Origin: a virus
Length of the DNA: 64,000 bases
Reading direction: 5' to 3' (one strand)
IMG/VR virus record: IMGVR_UViG_3300008113_000149
Span: 3,970-67,969 of that record
Position numbers and translations under genes: made by a program. The notes beneath the pieces were generated by a model. The model saw only the letters and a program-made list of their open reading frames with translations, was not told the DNA's origin and did not search any database. This document shows positions 48,504 through 57,048 of this stretch, piece after piece (positions within the stretch are counted from its first letter, which is position 1; each line of letters opens with the position of its first letter).

Positions 48504-50103
48504 AGTCCATTGTTACGTTACCTACTTTACCCATAAAGTAGTGCTTGATTTTCTGTACATGTATTTCTACAAGGCCAGTTTGATATTGGCGGTGCACCAC
48601 AAATCCGTTGTCACAGACATTGAAGAAGTGGTGGGAGCCAGAGATATCGTAGAGACGGGGTACATCGTATTCATTTGTTTGGCTATTCTTACCCATCTTG
48701 CGCGGGTGAGCAATTAGAATGATCAGAACATCGTTGGTGAGAGCGAACTTTTTAAGTTTGACCAGCATCTTACCAATCTTTTCGTTCATGATTTCATCTT
48801 TGAAATCGTTCTCGATGTAGTTAAATGGGTCAAAGACTATGCAGTCAACTCCGCGCTGGCGTATCAGATTCTTAGCGATGCGTAAAAGGTTATCGATTTT
48901 GTAATCATCAAGGTTGTTGGTATCATAGAAATAAAACTTACTGTTAATTATTTCCAATGCTCTTGTAAATAACTCCTTGGGCATACGGTTTTGACCATGC
49001 ACAGGCTTACCAGCAATTTGTTCTGCCATACGAATTGATTTCAATTTGTTGTCGTTTTCTGGGCTAAACATTCCGAACTTCCAGTTCTTACGACAGGCCA
49101 ATCGAATACAAACTTGATCTACAAACGTGCTCTTCCCACTACCGGGGATGCCCGAGGCTACTACGAACTGTCCGCGCTTCCACGAAATCAGTTGGTCGAG
49201 TTCCAGATAATCCAGATTATCTCCTTTGGGGTAGCCGTTCTCATAGATAAAGTTTAATTCTTTGTAGTAATCCTCGACGCTACTAATTTCGGGGATAGGC
49301 AATGGCTTGGCTTTGTCTTTGATATCGATCAGTGCTTGCTTACCTTCGGCGATCAACGTATCGTTGGCGTCTTTGTGCTTACCGAAGTCAACGATAAACA
49401 CATTGCTTGGCTCAAACCTACGAGATAAATCGTCAGATAACTTTTTGCCGGGGGCATCGTTGTCCGTTGCGATGTAAATTAGTTTGTCTTGGAAATACTG
49501 ATAAGTGTTATCGAGCCACTCAAGATTATTGTTACCTGCGTTTGCACCTGCTGGACAACTGATGGCATAAGGAAAGCCACACTCATACCATACCATGGCT
49601 TCTTCTTCGCCCTCGCAAATGATGACTGTGTCAGAATCTTTGATCCCGTTCAAGTTATAGGGAATCTTTTTGGCTCCAGATACCATCTTGAACATCTTCT
49701 CTCTTGTTTTGAATTTGATGTTTACTAGTTCAAAGCCTTCGTAGTAGTTAAAACAAATGGTCTTGTGGGGTTTGTTATCCTGTGGCATCACTTCGATGCT
49801 CTGAGTGACCTTAAAATGCTTTACGGTTTCGGCACTGAGGCCCCGTTTTAAAAAATGCTGAAGCAACAAATCATCGGGGGCCGTCTCTTTGGGTTCTGGG
49901 CGGTTGTATTTCTGAATTACCACAGTTCCTTTCCATTGACAATGATGGCATTTGTACAACCCTTCGTCAATGTTTACCGAAAGCGATGGATCTGATGTCT
50001 TTTTGCGGGTGGCCGAGCACCGGGGACATACAGTTTTAATCACTCCACTATACTTACCCTTGGTATCAATACCAAGTTTCATTAAATCGCTTTGATAACT
50101 CAT
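48394..50103 (-). CDS. primase-helicase (T7 gp4/Twinkle-like)
   Basis: Zn ribbon CPRC...CHHC, TOPRIM ICEGEEE and ATDNDAPG, Walker A GIPGSGKS, IVFDP, IAHPRK, SGS. Confidence 0.92.
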   Translation of the reverse strand: MSYQSDLMKLGIDTKGKYSGVIKTVCPRCSATRKKTSDPSLSVNIDEGLYKCHHCQWKGTVVIQKYNRPEPKETAPDDLLLQHFLKRGLSAETVKHFKVTQSIEVMPQDNKPHKTICFNYYEGFELVNIKFKTREKMFKMVSGAKKIPYNLNGIKDSDTVIICEGEEEAMVWYECGFPYAISCPAGANAGNNNLEWLDNTYQYFQDKLIYIATDNDAPGKKLSDDLSRRFEPSNVFIVDFGKHKDANDTLIAEGKQALIDIKDKAKPLPIPEISSVEDYYKELNFIYENGYPKGDNLDYLELDQLISWKRGQFVVASGIPGSGKSTFVDQVCIRLACRKNWKFGMFSPENDNKLKSIRMAEQIAGKPVHGQNRMPKELFTRALEIINSKFYFYDTNNLDDYKIDNLLRIAKNLIRQRGVDCIVFDPFNYIENDFKDEIMNEKIGKMLVKLKKFALTNDVLIILIAHPRKMGKNSQTNEYDVPRLYDISGSHHFFNVCDNGFVVHRQYQTGLVEIHVQKIKHYFMGKVGNVTMDFDLPSGRYKEQTEIWTNEIDYNDTNNLFAEFSEIHF

Positions 50104-50429
50104 ACAATTAGCGGTTTGTTTTGCCCTTTGGGTAAGTTCATAGCCCATCGCCCCGCGGCGGACTTCCAGACTTTCATTTTGTTTTTGCCGACCATCCAGC
50201 CTTTGCTGTCATAGAAGTAAACAAATTCCTGGGCATGTTTCATGGATTCATTTACGTTCAATTCAATGAATAAGTTAAACACTTCTTCTATTGTAGGGGC
50301 GATAAATTTCTTGGTGGCGGGGGTGTCAGATTTCATTGCATCTCTAATGAGTTGCTTCTTTTCTTCGGGTAAATTGACCTCAAGTAAGATGTTCGCAATG
50401 ACGTGCAGTAGTTTGTCTGAGTTGTTCAT
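50100..50429 (-). CDS. replication-initiator-like C-terminal domain protein
   Basis: FIAPTIEEV...F..FYDSKGWMVGKNKMK.WKSAA..W, typical of phage replisome-organiser C-termini. Confidence 0.65.
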   Translation of the reverse strand: MNNSDKLLHVIANILLEVNLPEEKKQLIRDAMKSDTPATKKFIAPTIEEVFNLFIELNVNESMKHAQEFVYFYDSKGWMVGKNKMKVWKSAAGRWAMNLPKGQNKPLIV

Positions 50430-50767
50430 TGTATGATTTTTAGTTTTAGTTTTTGTTTCAATAGTGGTTTGTAGTTTAGTCCGCTTTCCACAATATCGAT
50501 TTGTGAAGAAGACAGCAAATCTAAGTGCGGAGATTCAATAATGCCAACAAATTCTAAATTATCCACAATGTCGCACCAATTTAATTTCTTAACATAGTCG
50601 ATAAGCCCCAGCAAATCCACGCGCGGTATTTTGCTTGTGTAGGGCATTTCTTTATTGTATAAGAATCTGTTACGATGTTCATACACGTATTTGATCGGTA
50701 TGTCAAAGACAAACCCGTTTTGTGTATAAATTCTAAAATTTACGGGGATTTCATATGAATTGGTCAT
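50426..50767 (-). CDS. hypothetical protein
   Basis: 113-aa ORF coupled to neighbours. Confidence 0.65.
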   Translation of the reverse strand: MTNSYEIPVNFRIYTQNGFVFDIPIKYVYEHRNRFLYNKEMPYTSKIPRVDLLGLIDYVKKLNWCDIVDNLEFVGIIESPHLDLLSSSQIDIVESGLNYKPLLKQKLKLKIIQ

Positions 50768-51494
50768 AGATGTTGTTGTTTACAATTTTGATGATAGTGG
50801 AATGGTGAAATTGCTTGCCTGTCTTTGAGGTAATACCATCTTTATTCAAGTGTCTGGCGATTTCGCTGTATTTCATTTGCTTCTTACAGGTAAATATTTT
50901 ACGGACAATTTTCATTTCGCTTTCATTTACCACCAGATTGCCATCGTTCTTATCAAAACCAAATGGTACGGGTCCGCAATAGACTTTGTTTTCTTTCTTG
51001 AGATACTTCATCACCGAAGAAATGAGTTCGCCTCTTTGGTTTGATTCAAACTCAGCAAACGCCGCGATCATTTGAAGCATTAATTTACCATGGCTGGTAG
51101 AAGTATCAAATTGAAAGTCCAGCGTATAAAACGACACCCCGAAGTTTTCTAAGAATGCTACCCATTTCAAAGTGTCTTTGGTGTTTCTACCAAAACGAGA
51201 CAGGCTGTAAACAACTACGACGTCTACTTCTTTTCTTTTGACCATGTCAATCATCTTCATGAAGTCTGGGCGGTTCTCAAACTTTCTGCCTGAGACCCCC
51301 GGATCTGAAAATGTTGCTACAATTTCGTAGTTATTTAGTTTGCAGAACGCTTCGATGCGGTCCTCTTGGTTGTCTAACGACGAACCATCTTCTACTTGAT
51401 TTTCATGAGAGACTCTCGTATAATAAACGGCTCTCTTCTTCGGTGAATGGTCCTTCTGTGGTAGTCTTTCGTTCGGGTACGGATTCGATTTCAT
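50751..51494 (-). CDS. serine recombinase (resolvase catalytic domain + short recombinase-type DNA-binding domain)
   Basis: YTRVS (catalytic Ser), D.GVSGR...RP, VYSLSRFGRN, AAFAEFE, G.VPFGF, IARHLN..GI. Confidence 0.9.
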   Translation of the reverse strand: MKSNPYPNERLPQKDHSPKKRAVYYTRVSHENQVEDGSSLDNQEDRIEAFCKLNNYEIVATFSDPGVSGRKFENRPDFMKMIDMVKRKEVDVVVVYSLSRFGRNTKDTLKWVAFLENFGVSFYTLDFQFDTSTSHGKLMLQMIAAFAEFESNQRGELISSVMKYLKKENKVYCGPVPFGFDKNDGNLVVNESEMKIVRKIFTCKKQMKYSEIARHLNKDGITSKTGKQFHHSTIIKIVNNNIYDQFI

Positions 51495-51819
51495 TTTTCT
51501 TGACGTTTGATAAAATTTCCTTCATGATAAGTTGCAAGTACAATTTCTTTCCAATTTCATTGGCTTTGCAGAAAATGTCTATCGCTTTGTAGTTTTTAGG
51601 TGACAGTTGTACGTAGGCATAACTTGTCTTTTGATATTCTACCGCGCTACGTAAAAGCGACCGCCTGTTCTTGCTAATGTAGGCGTGCAGTAAGTCATCG
51701 GCCAGAGAGTAAAAATTACCATAGCCATTGGCATCTGCGATTTCTTTGAGTTTTTCCAATTGTTTTTCGTTCAATGTCATTTTTAAACTATGCTCATTGA
51801 TTTTATATTTTCTGTCCAT
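51403..51819 (-). CDS. possible tandem ribbon-helix-helix DNA-binding protein
   Basis: Two strand-helix-helix-like units (LKMTLNEKQLEKLKEIA; YVQLSPKNYKAIDIFC); directly upstream of the recombinase. Confidence 0.45.
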   Translation of the reverse strand: MDRKYKINEHSLKMTLNEKQLEKLKEIADANGYGNFYSLADDLLHAYISKNRRSLLRSAVEYQKTSYAYVQLSPKNYKAIDIFCKANEIGKKLYLQLIMKEILSNVKKNEIESVPERKTTTEGPFTEEESRLLYESLS

Positions 51820-51967
51820 ATCTGATTAAGTAGTGGATTAAGTATACGAGAATGACTATTACAACATTGAAAAGAAACGATTTTTTCGCTTGGTGCAAAG
51901 CATTGTCTCGTTTATTCCCAATCGTATATCGAGGTCGGGGTAACATAAATTAATCTAAAATTAAGTC

Positions 51968-52001
51968 GGAGGGTTGTGTTACCATGGTATACTAACCCTC
52001 C
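51968..52001. terminator. hairpin downstream of the Dps-like gene
   Basis: GGAGGGTT...AACCCTCC with an inner TACC/GGTA pairing; weak U tract. Confidence 0.45.
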
Positions 52002-52027
52002 TTGGTAAATTGTGAAACGATTTCCCA

Positions 52028-52378
52028 TTATACGAGGGTTAGTTTGTACAGGGTTTTGTTGATTAGGCTTAGCATTTCATCCATGATATTTTGAAGATCA
52101 GAAGAATACTTGTTCCGCTCACGAGCAATAATTTGCTTGAGTTTATTCAAGTGTTCAACTGGGTTCTCGGGCTTCAGAGGATCAATGGCCATGACTTCGA
52201 TAGGTATTCTCCTGTTTTGACCGAAGTAATTCTCTGTGAATTCATCTGTCAGACCAAGGATACCTTCGTAGTATTCCCCTAAGGTTTGATGTTGTGAGTA
52301 AGAGGTTGTACTCCAATGTGCTAAATGCATAGCATCTCTTGAATGCAATAGTGTGCTGATAAATTTCTGAGTAATCAT
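52028..52378 (-). CDS. ferritin/Dps-like four-helix protein (DUF5856-like)
   Basis: MHLAHWSTTSYSQHQTLGEYYE....TDEFTE...LQNIMDEM...INKTLYKLTL; ATG 52378 lies 3 nt after TAAATTTG. Confidence 0.75.
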   Translation of the reverse strand: MITQKFISTLLHSRDAMHLAHWSTTSYSQHQTLGEYYEGILGLTDEFTENYFGQNRRIPIEVMAIDPLKPENPVEHLNKLKQIIARERNKYSSDLQNIMDEMLSLINKTLYKLTLV

Positions 52379-52386
52379 ATACAAAT

Positions 52387-52524
52387 TTATTCTTTTAAAA
52401 TGGTATCAATAAGTTTTGCTAAACATATTTTGGCTTCGGTTTCACTTGCGAATCGACGAATAATAACTCCGTCATAATAAATCCGATACTCTGGAACAGA
52501 GTTAACGAATGCAAGTCTGATCAT
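52387..52524 (-). CDS. 45-aa hypothetical protein (not in the ORF track)
   Basis: MIRLAFVNSVPEYRIYYDGVIIRRFASETEAK... Confidence 0.55.
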   Translation of the reverse strand: MIRLAFVNSVPEYRIYYDGVIIRRFASETEAKICLAKLIDTILKE

Positions 52525-52538
52525 AGGTATTATTTTAG

Positions 52539-52706
52539 TCATTTTGTATTTTTTGAAGGGTAAAGTGCCAAGGCTAAAACAAAAAGAAAAGATAACGCCA
52601 TGCCCCCGGCAATAATCTGAGCCACAATGGGATGTTTTACAATCATCCAGCCATAGACCAACCCGCTAAGGATGACGCATATGTACACGAAAATTATTTT
52701 TTTCAT
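52539..52706 (-). CDS. 55-aa two-TM membrane protein (not in the ORF track)
   Basis: MKKIIFVYICVILSGLVYGWMIVKHPIVAQIIAGGMALSFLFVLALAL... Confidence 0.55.
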   Translation of the reverse strand: MKKIIFVYICVILSGLVYGWMIVKHPIVAQIIAGGMALSFLFVLALALYPSKNTK

Positions 52707-52798
52707 CTAAAATTTATTAATGTAACCTTGCTTTTGCATTTGATACAGATGGTAAGATACAATTCTATTCCATTTTTTCCAACGGCAAACTAAATTTT

Positions 52799-53008
52799 TC
52801 ATTCGCTGTCAAGATAAATTGATTTAGCCTTGGCAAAGCCTTGGTTGTAGGCTTGTTGCTTTTCAAAATTTTCGATGTCTTTGGCTTTATTAAAGTATGG
52901 CGTCAAATCCACAGTTTCTTTGAAGGAACCTAATCGTTGACCAAAGCCGTTATCGTAAGTGATTTCTTCCTGTAACCACTCTACTGCCGAATCGTGTTTA
53001 TTGCTCAT
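52799..53008 (-). CDS. small hypothetical protein (AVEW family)
   Basis: SAVEWL...KAKDIE..EKQQAYNQG; resembles 53216..53473. Confidence 0.7.
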   Translation of the reverse strand: MSNKHDSAVEWLQEEITYDNGFGQRLGSFKETVDLTPYFNKAKDIENFEKQQAYNQGFAKAKSIYLDSE

Positions 53009-53219
53009 CGTTCATCTCATTATAATTGTCCATTTCCCATTCCTCTTCCATCCTGTTGTAATCATCCACAGCATCTTGGTTTGTGTCCTCATCACTTGGT
53101 AGTTCAATGGGTGTTTCAGTTTTCAAAATGTCCTCAAATGTCAAAATGTGTTCGTATAAATCACTATCTATACAAACTTGAAGCATTTTCCTTACTTGTT
53201 CTTCTGTGTATAGCTTCAT
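52998..53219 (-). CDS. small acidic hypothetical protein
   Basis: MKLYTEEQV...PIELPSDE. Confidence 0.7.
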   Translation of the reverse strand: MKLYTEEQVRKMLQVCIDSDLYEHILTFEDILKTETPIELPSDEDTNQDAVDDYNRMEEEWEMDNYNEMNDEQ

Positions 53220-53473
53220 TGCTCACCTCCTCCGTAGGTTTCGTTGTAGTATTCTACTGCTCTTAAATAAGTTCCAATTTGCCCTCTGCAATCACCAAAC
53301 ATATGTGATTGCATTATTTGTTCCTTCTCCATTTCTTTGGCTTGGGCTCTTATTTCTAAATTCCTTTTAAGATATTCATCAAATGAGTATTCACCATTGT
53401 TGAACTTTTCAAATGAATTAAACAATTGTTCAAATTGCCACTCCACTGCCGTTTGTTGTTTATTATTTGTCAT
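53216..53473 (-). CDS. small hypothetical protein (AVEW family)
   Basis: QQTAVEW...QAKEMEKEQI...YYNETYGG. Confidence 0.7.
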   Translation of the reverse strand: MTNNKQQTAVEWQFEQLFNSFEKFNNGEYSFDEYLKRNLEIRAQAKEMEKEQIMQSHMFGDCRGQIGTYLRAVEYYNETYGGGEQ

Positions 53474-53727
53474 AGTTGTTTTTTAATTTCTTCTTGCCAA
53501 GCAGTGGGTAAATCTGTACATGAAATAACAATTTCATTACCTCGACAGTCTGAATCTGCTTCCGATTTGTCACCAAATAAAATAACTCTTCCATATGAAT
53601 CTGAAAGCACGTGGTCGTTGGCTTTATCATAAATTACGTAGTCTGTTGTAAATAATCTCTTAATGCATTTTTCATCGTTTCTCTCTTTCCATTTTTTCAT
53701 AAGTGTTTTTTGTTTGTTGTTTTTCAT
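53470..53727 (-). CDS. small hypothetical protein
   Basis: Start moved to MKNNKQKT (53727), which overlaps the upstream stop. Confidence 0.65.
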   Translation of the reverse strand: MKNNKQKTLMKKWKERNDEKCIKRLFTTDYVIYDKANDHVLSDSYGRVILFGDKSEADSDCRGNEIVISCTDLPTAWQEEIKKQL

Positions 53728-53921
53728 AGTTTTTCTATTTCTTGTTTTACTTTTTGCCAAAAATAGATTTCACCATTACTTAAAAGAAATGTTGAATTGC
53801 ATAACAACTCATCGCACATAATTAATGCACATTGAATTCCTTCATTTCTTTGTTGCAATCCAACCACGGTGAATTTATCAACCAGTTCTTTTGCTTTCTC
53901 TTGTGGTGTCATCTTATTCAA
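53724..53921 (-). CDS. small hypothetical protein (MTPxEKAKEL family)
   Basis: MTPQEKAKELVDKF...QCALI..DE...FWQKVKQEIEKL. Confidence 0.7.
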   Translation of the reverse strand: MNKMTPQEKAKELVDKFTVVGLQQRNEGIQCALIMCDELLCNSTFLLSNGEIYFWQKVKQEIEKL

Positions 53922-54054
53922 TGGTTAATTCGATTAATTCTAAAAATTGTTGTAAAGATACTTTGCCTGTTTTCACCCACTCGTAAATCAATTTACGTTT
54001 CTCGTATGGGAATTGCAAAGCGTTGATTTTGTCAACTTTGTCTTTCGGGGTCAT
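53914..54054 (-). CDS. small hypothetical protein
   Basis: Start moved to MTPKDKV (54054); contains LIYEWVKTG. Confidence 0.6.
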   Translation of the reverse strand: MTPKDKVDKINALQFPYEKRKLIYEWVKTGKVSLQQFLELIELTIE

Positions 54055-54608
54055 TGCTTTGGTTTTATTGGGGTTTGAAAAACTAGTTCGTTGGTATTTT
54101 GTTTGGTATGGCGGTAAACACAAATCTGATTGTAATCTTCGCAATAGTGTACATCAAAGTAAATCTGATTGCCGTTTCCATCGGAAACATTTACTGTAGT
54201 CCACCAATCTGACTCCCCAGGAGTAACTCTAAGAATAACAAGATTGCCAGCATATGGAAATACAAGTTCATAGTCTTGAAAATACTTTTTCTTGGGCAGG
54301 GCCTCAGTGTATTGATTGAACTTTGATCTACGCATTCTGAAGAAGCCTTTGTGCTCTGGAAACTCATTATCAAACAACCTAGCAAACAAAGGAGCATAGT
54401 TGTTATTGATTTTAAATACGCCATCGCCTTTCTCGGCTGTCTTCCAACGAATGATTTCAAATATGCCGTTGGCACCATAGTGATCGAATCCCATTGCTTT
54501 TGTCTTTAAAGCAATTTCTTTGAACGCTTCATACAAATGAGGATTTGTTTTGTGGTACTCGATAAACTCCTTGTTATCGATTCCTTCGAATAAATTTAAT
54601 TGTGACAT
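54051..54608 (-). CDS. two-domain hypothetical protein
   Basis: N-terminal YH..NPHLY..F...IFEIIRW...FKINNNY...ARLF domain plus an unrelated C-terminal part. Confidence 0.7.
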   Translation of the reverse strand: MSQLNLFEGIDNKEFIEYHKTNPHLYEAFKEIALKTKAMGFDHYGANGIFEIIRWKTAEKGDGVFKINNNYAPLFARLFDNEFPEHKGFFRMRRSKFNQYTEALPKKKYFQDYELVFPYAGNLVILRVTPGESDWWTTVNVSDGNGNQIYFDVHYCEDYNQICVYRHTKQNTNELVFQTPIKPKQ

Positions 54609-55120
54609 AAGTTGTGTGCTTTGTATAGGTTTCGTTTGTTATATTTTATGATTCTGTTAGAAGTGGTGTCGTAGTGGTATCGAGTTTTACTGAGCATGTT
54701 TTCGTCAAAGATAGTTTCACGGATGGTCTCAGCCAATAATTCGTTTGACTCATCAATCTCTGATTGAGTGTATTCTACTCCGTAGTATTCTGCTTCGGTA
54801 GGTTCGCTGATAATCATCCCAGTATAAAATCCAGGAAGGGCGTGTTTATCAAAGAATTTATTGGCGTGGCACCATACAGCGACCAATTCTTTGGAGGCTA
54901 TCTTTGATACGTGAGAGGCATTGATCATGATTCGGCGGTGACCATAAAGACCACCTTCGTAGCCATGACCTAGCATGATGATACGATCGTGCTCTTCAAT
55001 TAAATCTATGAGTTCATCGTTGGTTACGTAGTGAGTTACTACGTTCCAATTTTTACCTTGGTAGATACGACTTAAAAAGTCAGTTGTGGCATCCTTAGGA
55101 TGGATTACAAGTGTTTTCAT
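54596..55120 (-). CDS. hypothetical protein, possible caspase/gingipain-fold (His-Cys) peptidase
   Basis: RIIMLGHG...VAVWC spacing. Confidence 0.4.
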   Translation of the reverse strand: MKTLVIHPKDATTDFLSRIYQGKNWNVVTHYVTNDELIDLIEEHDRIIMLGHGYEGGLYGHRRIMINASHVSKIASKELVAVWCHANKFFDKHALPGFYTGMIISEPTEAEYYGVEYTQSEIDESNELLAETIRETIFDENMLSKTRYHYDTTSNRIIKYNKRNLYKAHNLCHN

Positions 55121-55121
55121 T

Positions 55122-55352
55122 TTAGTGTGTAGTTGTTAGGATAGAGGTGAGTTCGTAATCAATTGTTGAGATAGGTTGTTCTAGTTGCCATTGGCTTAAG
55201 AGTTCGACGAGTTGTTGGAATTTGCTCTTGTCATACAAGATGTGTTCGGAAACATAGGCAAGGAAGATTCTACGTTCGTGTTCTCTCAAGTCCCGGAATG
55301 AAACATCATCCACAGGCATTTCAATTTTGATCTTTTTGATTTTAGGTGTCAT
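55122..55352 (-). CDS. hypothetical protein
   Basis: 76-aa ORF. Confidence 0.65.
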   Translation of the reverse strand: MTPKIKKIKIEMPVDDVSFRDLREHERRIFLAYVSEHILYDKSKFQQLVELLSQWQLEQPISTIDYELTSILTTTH

Positions 55353-55359
55353 AGTTTTT

Positions 55360-55385
55360 AAAGTAAACCCCCTCCGAAGAGGGGG
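55360..55385 (-). terminator. Rho-independent terminator
   Basis: On the - strand, CCCCCTC-TTCG-GAGGGGG followed by TTTACTTT, just after the DUF932-like stop. Confidence 0.75.
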
Positions 55386-55394
55386 TGTGGTGAA

Positions 55395-56402
55395 TTAAGC
55401 GAGGGTATAAACTTTCTGAGCAGTATTCTGTTCGATCCAAGACATGATGGTTTCGTAGGCAACATTGTTGATGTTGTAGCCAGTACCTGTCATTAGATAA
55501 TCTAACTTGCGGTCTTTGTCAACAGGAGCCGACATATGGTTGGTGTAACGAGTCACGGCATTGAACAATCCCCACAATGTATCACCTTCTAGGTCACGTT
55601 CGATGTTGTAGGCTTGAGCAAAGTCTTGCATCTGATTGATCTTACGGGTGCTGATGTCTTCACGATTGGTCTTCTTGACATCGATCTTGAACATGTTGTT
55701 GAGGACGGCCTGTACTACATTCTCGCTGGGAGCAATTTCAGACATACGTTTGAAGTTGTCAAACAACTGCTTGTCAGCATTGATTGTTTCTTGAAACTGC
55801 TTGATAGCATTTTCGATACGACCTTTGGCTGATTCGGTGTGTCTGAACTTGTCAGTTTCTTTGAATGCTCGGTGGAATGTATTGGAGCATACAACAACTG
55901 TATTGGTAGAACCAAAGCCAATTGAACTGCTACCATCGTGGGAGTTCAAACAGGTGACCCATCTTTTGATATTCGATTTGCCTACATACTCATCGGGAAG
56001 CGATGCTTGTAAGAATACTTTGCGACCTTGGTCTAGCATACCGCCTTTGGTAGTTTCGATGCCAATACCTTCGGTTGCTCTGACAATTGTGTCGGCAAGT
56101 TCCCAGTTTTGGAATGTACGATAGCGGTCTTTGACTGAGCCCAAACATGCTACAGGGGTTTCTTCGCCGGGGTTGTATCTAAAGATACCGAAGTGACCCG
56201 TAGATAAGTTAGATGGGTGAACAAATTCTTCCTTGCGGACTTCCCAATTGAGGTTGGTTCTTTCGAGTAAATTCATTGTTTTCTCGAAGTTTTCGATGGT
56301 TAAGTTTGGAGTGCTCATGTTTGTTGATTCGTTGTTGATAAAGTTGTTAGATGTCATAGTTTTTAGGTTTAGAGTGTGGGTTTTGTGTTGGTTAGAATGC
56401 AA
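55395..56402 (-). CDS. DUF932 (TIGR03299-like) protein; start probably downstream of 56402
   Basis: LNWEV...LGSV..RY..FQN...G.L.QGRKVF...LNSHDGS...VVCSNT...TLWGLFNAVT.Y..H. Confidence 0.8.
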   Translation of the reverse strand: MHSNQHKTHTLNLKTMTSNNFINNESTNMSTPNLTIENFEKTMNLLERTNLNWEVRKEEFVHPSNLSTGHFGIFRYNPGEETPVACLGSVKDRYRTFQNWELADTIVRATEGIGIETTKGGMLDQGRKVFLQASLPDEYVGKSNIKRWVTCLNSHDGSSSIGFGSTNTVVVCSNTFHRAFKETDKFRHTESAKGRIENAIKQFQETINADKQLFDNFKRMSEIAPSENVVQAVLNNMFKIDVKKTNREDISTRKINQMQDFAQAYNIERDLEGDTLWGLFNAVTRYTNHMSAPVDKDRKLDYLMTGTGYNINNVAYETIMSWIEQNTAQKVYTLA

Positions 56403-56437
56403 ATGAAATACTTCTTTTTTAAAATTACAAATAAAGT

Positions 56438-56815
56438 TTAATTATTTTTTAGGATGTAGGCTTTTTGTTTGCTGAGTCCGACGTAGTTTTCCCTTACGAT
56501 TATTTCGGTTGTCTCTTTATTTATAAAGGACGTTGTGGTGTAGGGGTTGTAATACATTTCGGGGTTATGAGATTCCCAATCGTATTGATCTTTATCGATC
56601 TTGATATAAGAATCAGCCAAGATGTAGGCATGCACATTTTTCTGCTGAGATTTCAGAACTCTTTGACGGCCCGCTTCTGAGACCCAAGGTCGTACGTTCA
56701 TCAGCAGAGCACAATGAATGTGCTCTAGAAGACGATAGTTTTGCTTTTTGTAGTCATAGGCCAGGACGCTAAAGCAATTTCGGTGCAGATTGCGATAGAT
56801 TTTGTAAGGTTTCAT
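56438..56815 (-). CDS. conserved phage hypothetical protein
   Basis: YRNLH...FSV...VSEAGRQRVL...KNVHAY...YNPY. Confidence 0.75.
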   Translation of the reverse strand: MKPYKIYRNLHRNCFSVLAYDYKKQNYRLLEHIHCALLMNVRPWVSEAGRQRVLKSQQKNVHAYILADSYIKIDKDQYDWESHNPEMYYNPYTTTSFINKETTEIIVRENYVGLSKQKAYILKNN

Positions 56816-57048
56816 AATTCGATTAAGTAGGGTTCGGGTACATATTGAATGGTATAACCACGCAATGCCTTTTTTAGGGCAAGGACATAGTCATCATGAT
56901 CATAGAACACATCGACATCATGACGTTCTTGGTCAACCATTGGTTTCAATACGGCTTCGATTTGTTCGGCTGAGGCATCAGAGATGATAAGCAAGTCTTC
57001 TTCTTCATAAGAATTGACGCGGATTTGAAATATTTCTATGAGGTTCAT
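56812..57048 (-). CDS. hypothetical protein
   Basis: Coupled 78-aa ORF. Confidence 0.7.
   Translation of the reverse strand: MNLIEIFQIRVNSYEEEDLLIISDASAEQIEAVLKPMVDQERHDVDVFYDHDDYVLALKKALRGYTIQYVPEPYLIEL

Noticed and set aside
43987-50103. Introns or inteins in terL, polB or the primase-helicase
   Set aside because: All three have compact lengths with contiguous motifs and no intein or homing-endonuclease signatures.
50751-51494. IS607-type insertion sequence or prophage integrase with att sites
   Set aside because: There is no N-terminal MerR-like HTH, no TnpB partner and no host genes in the window, and the protein is too short for a large serine integrase.
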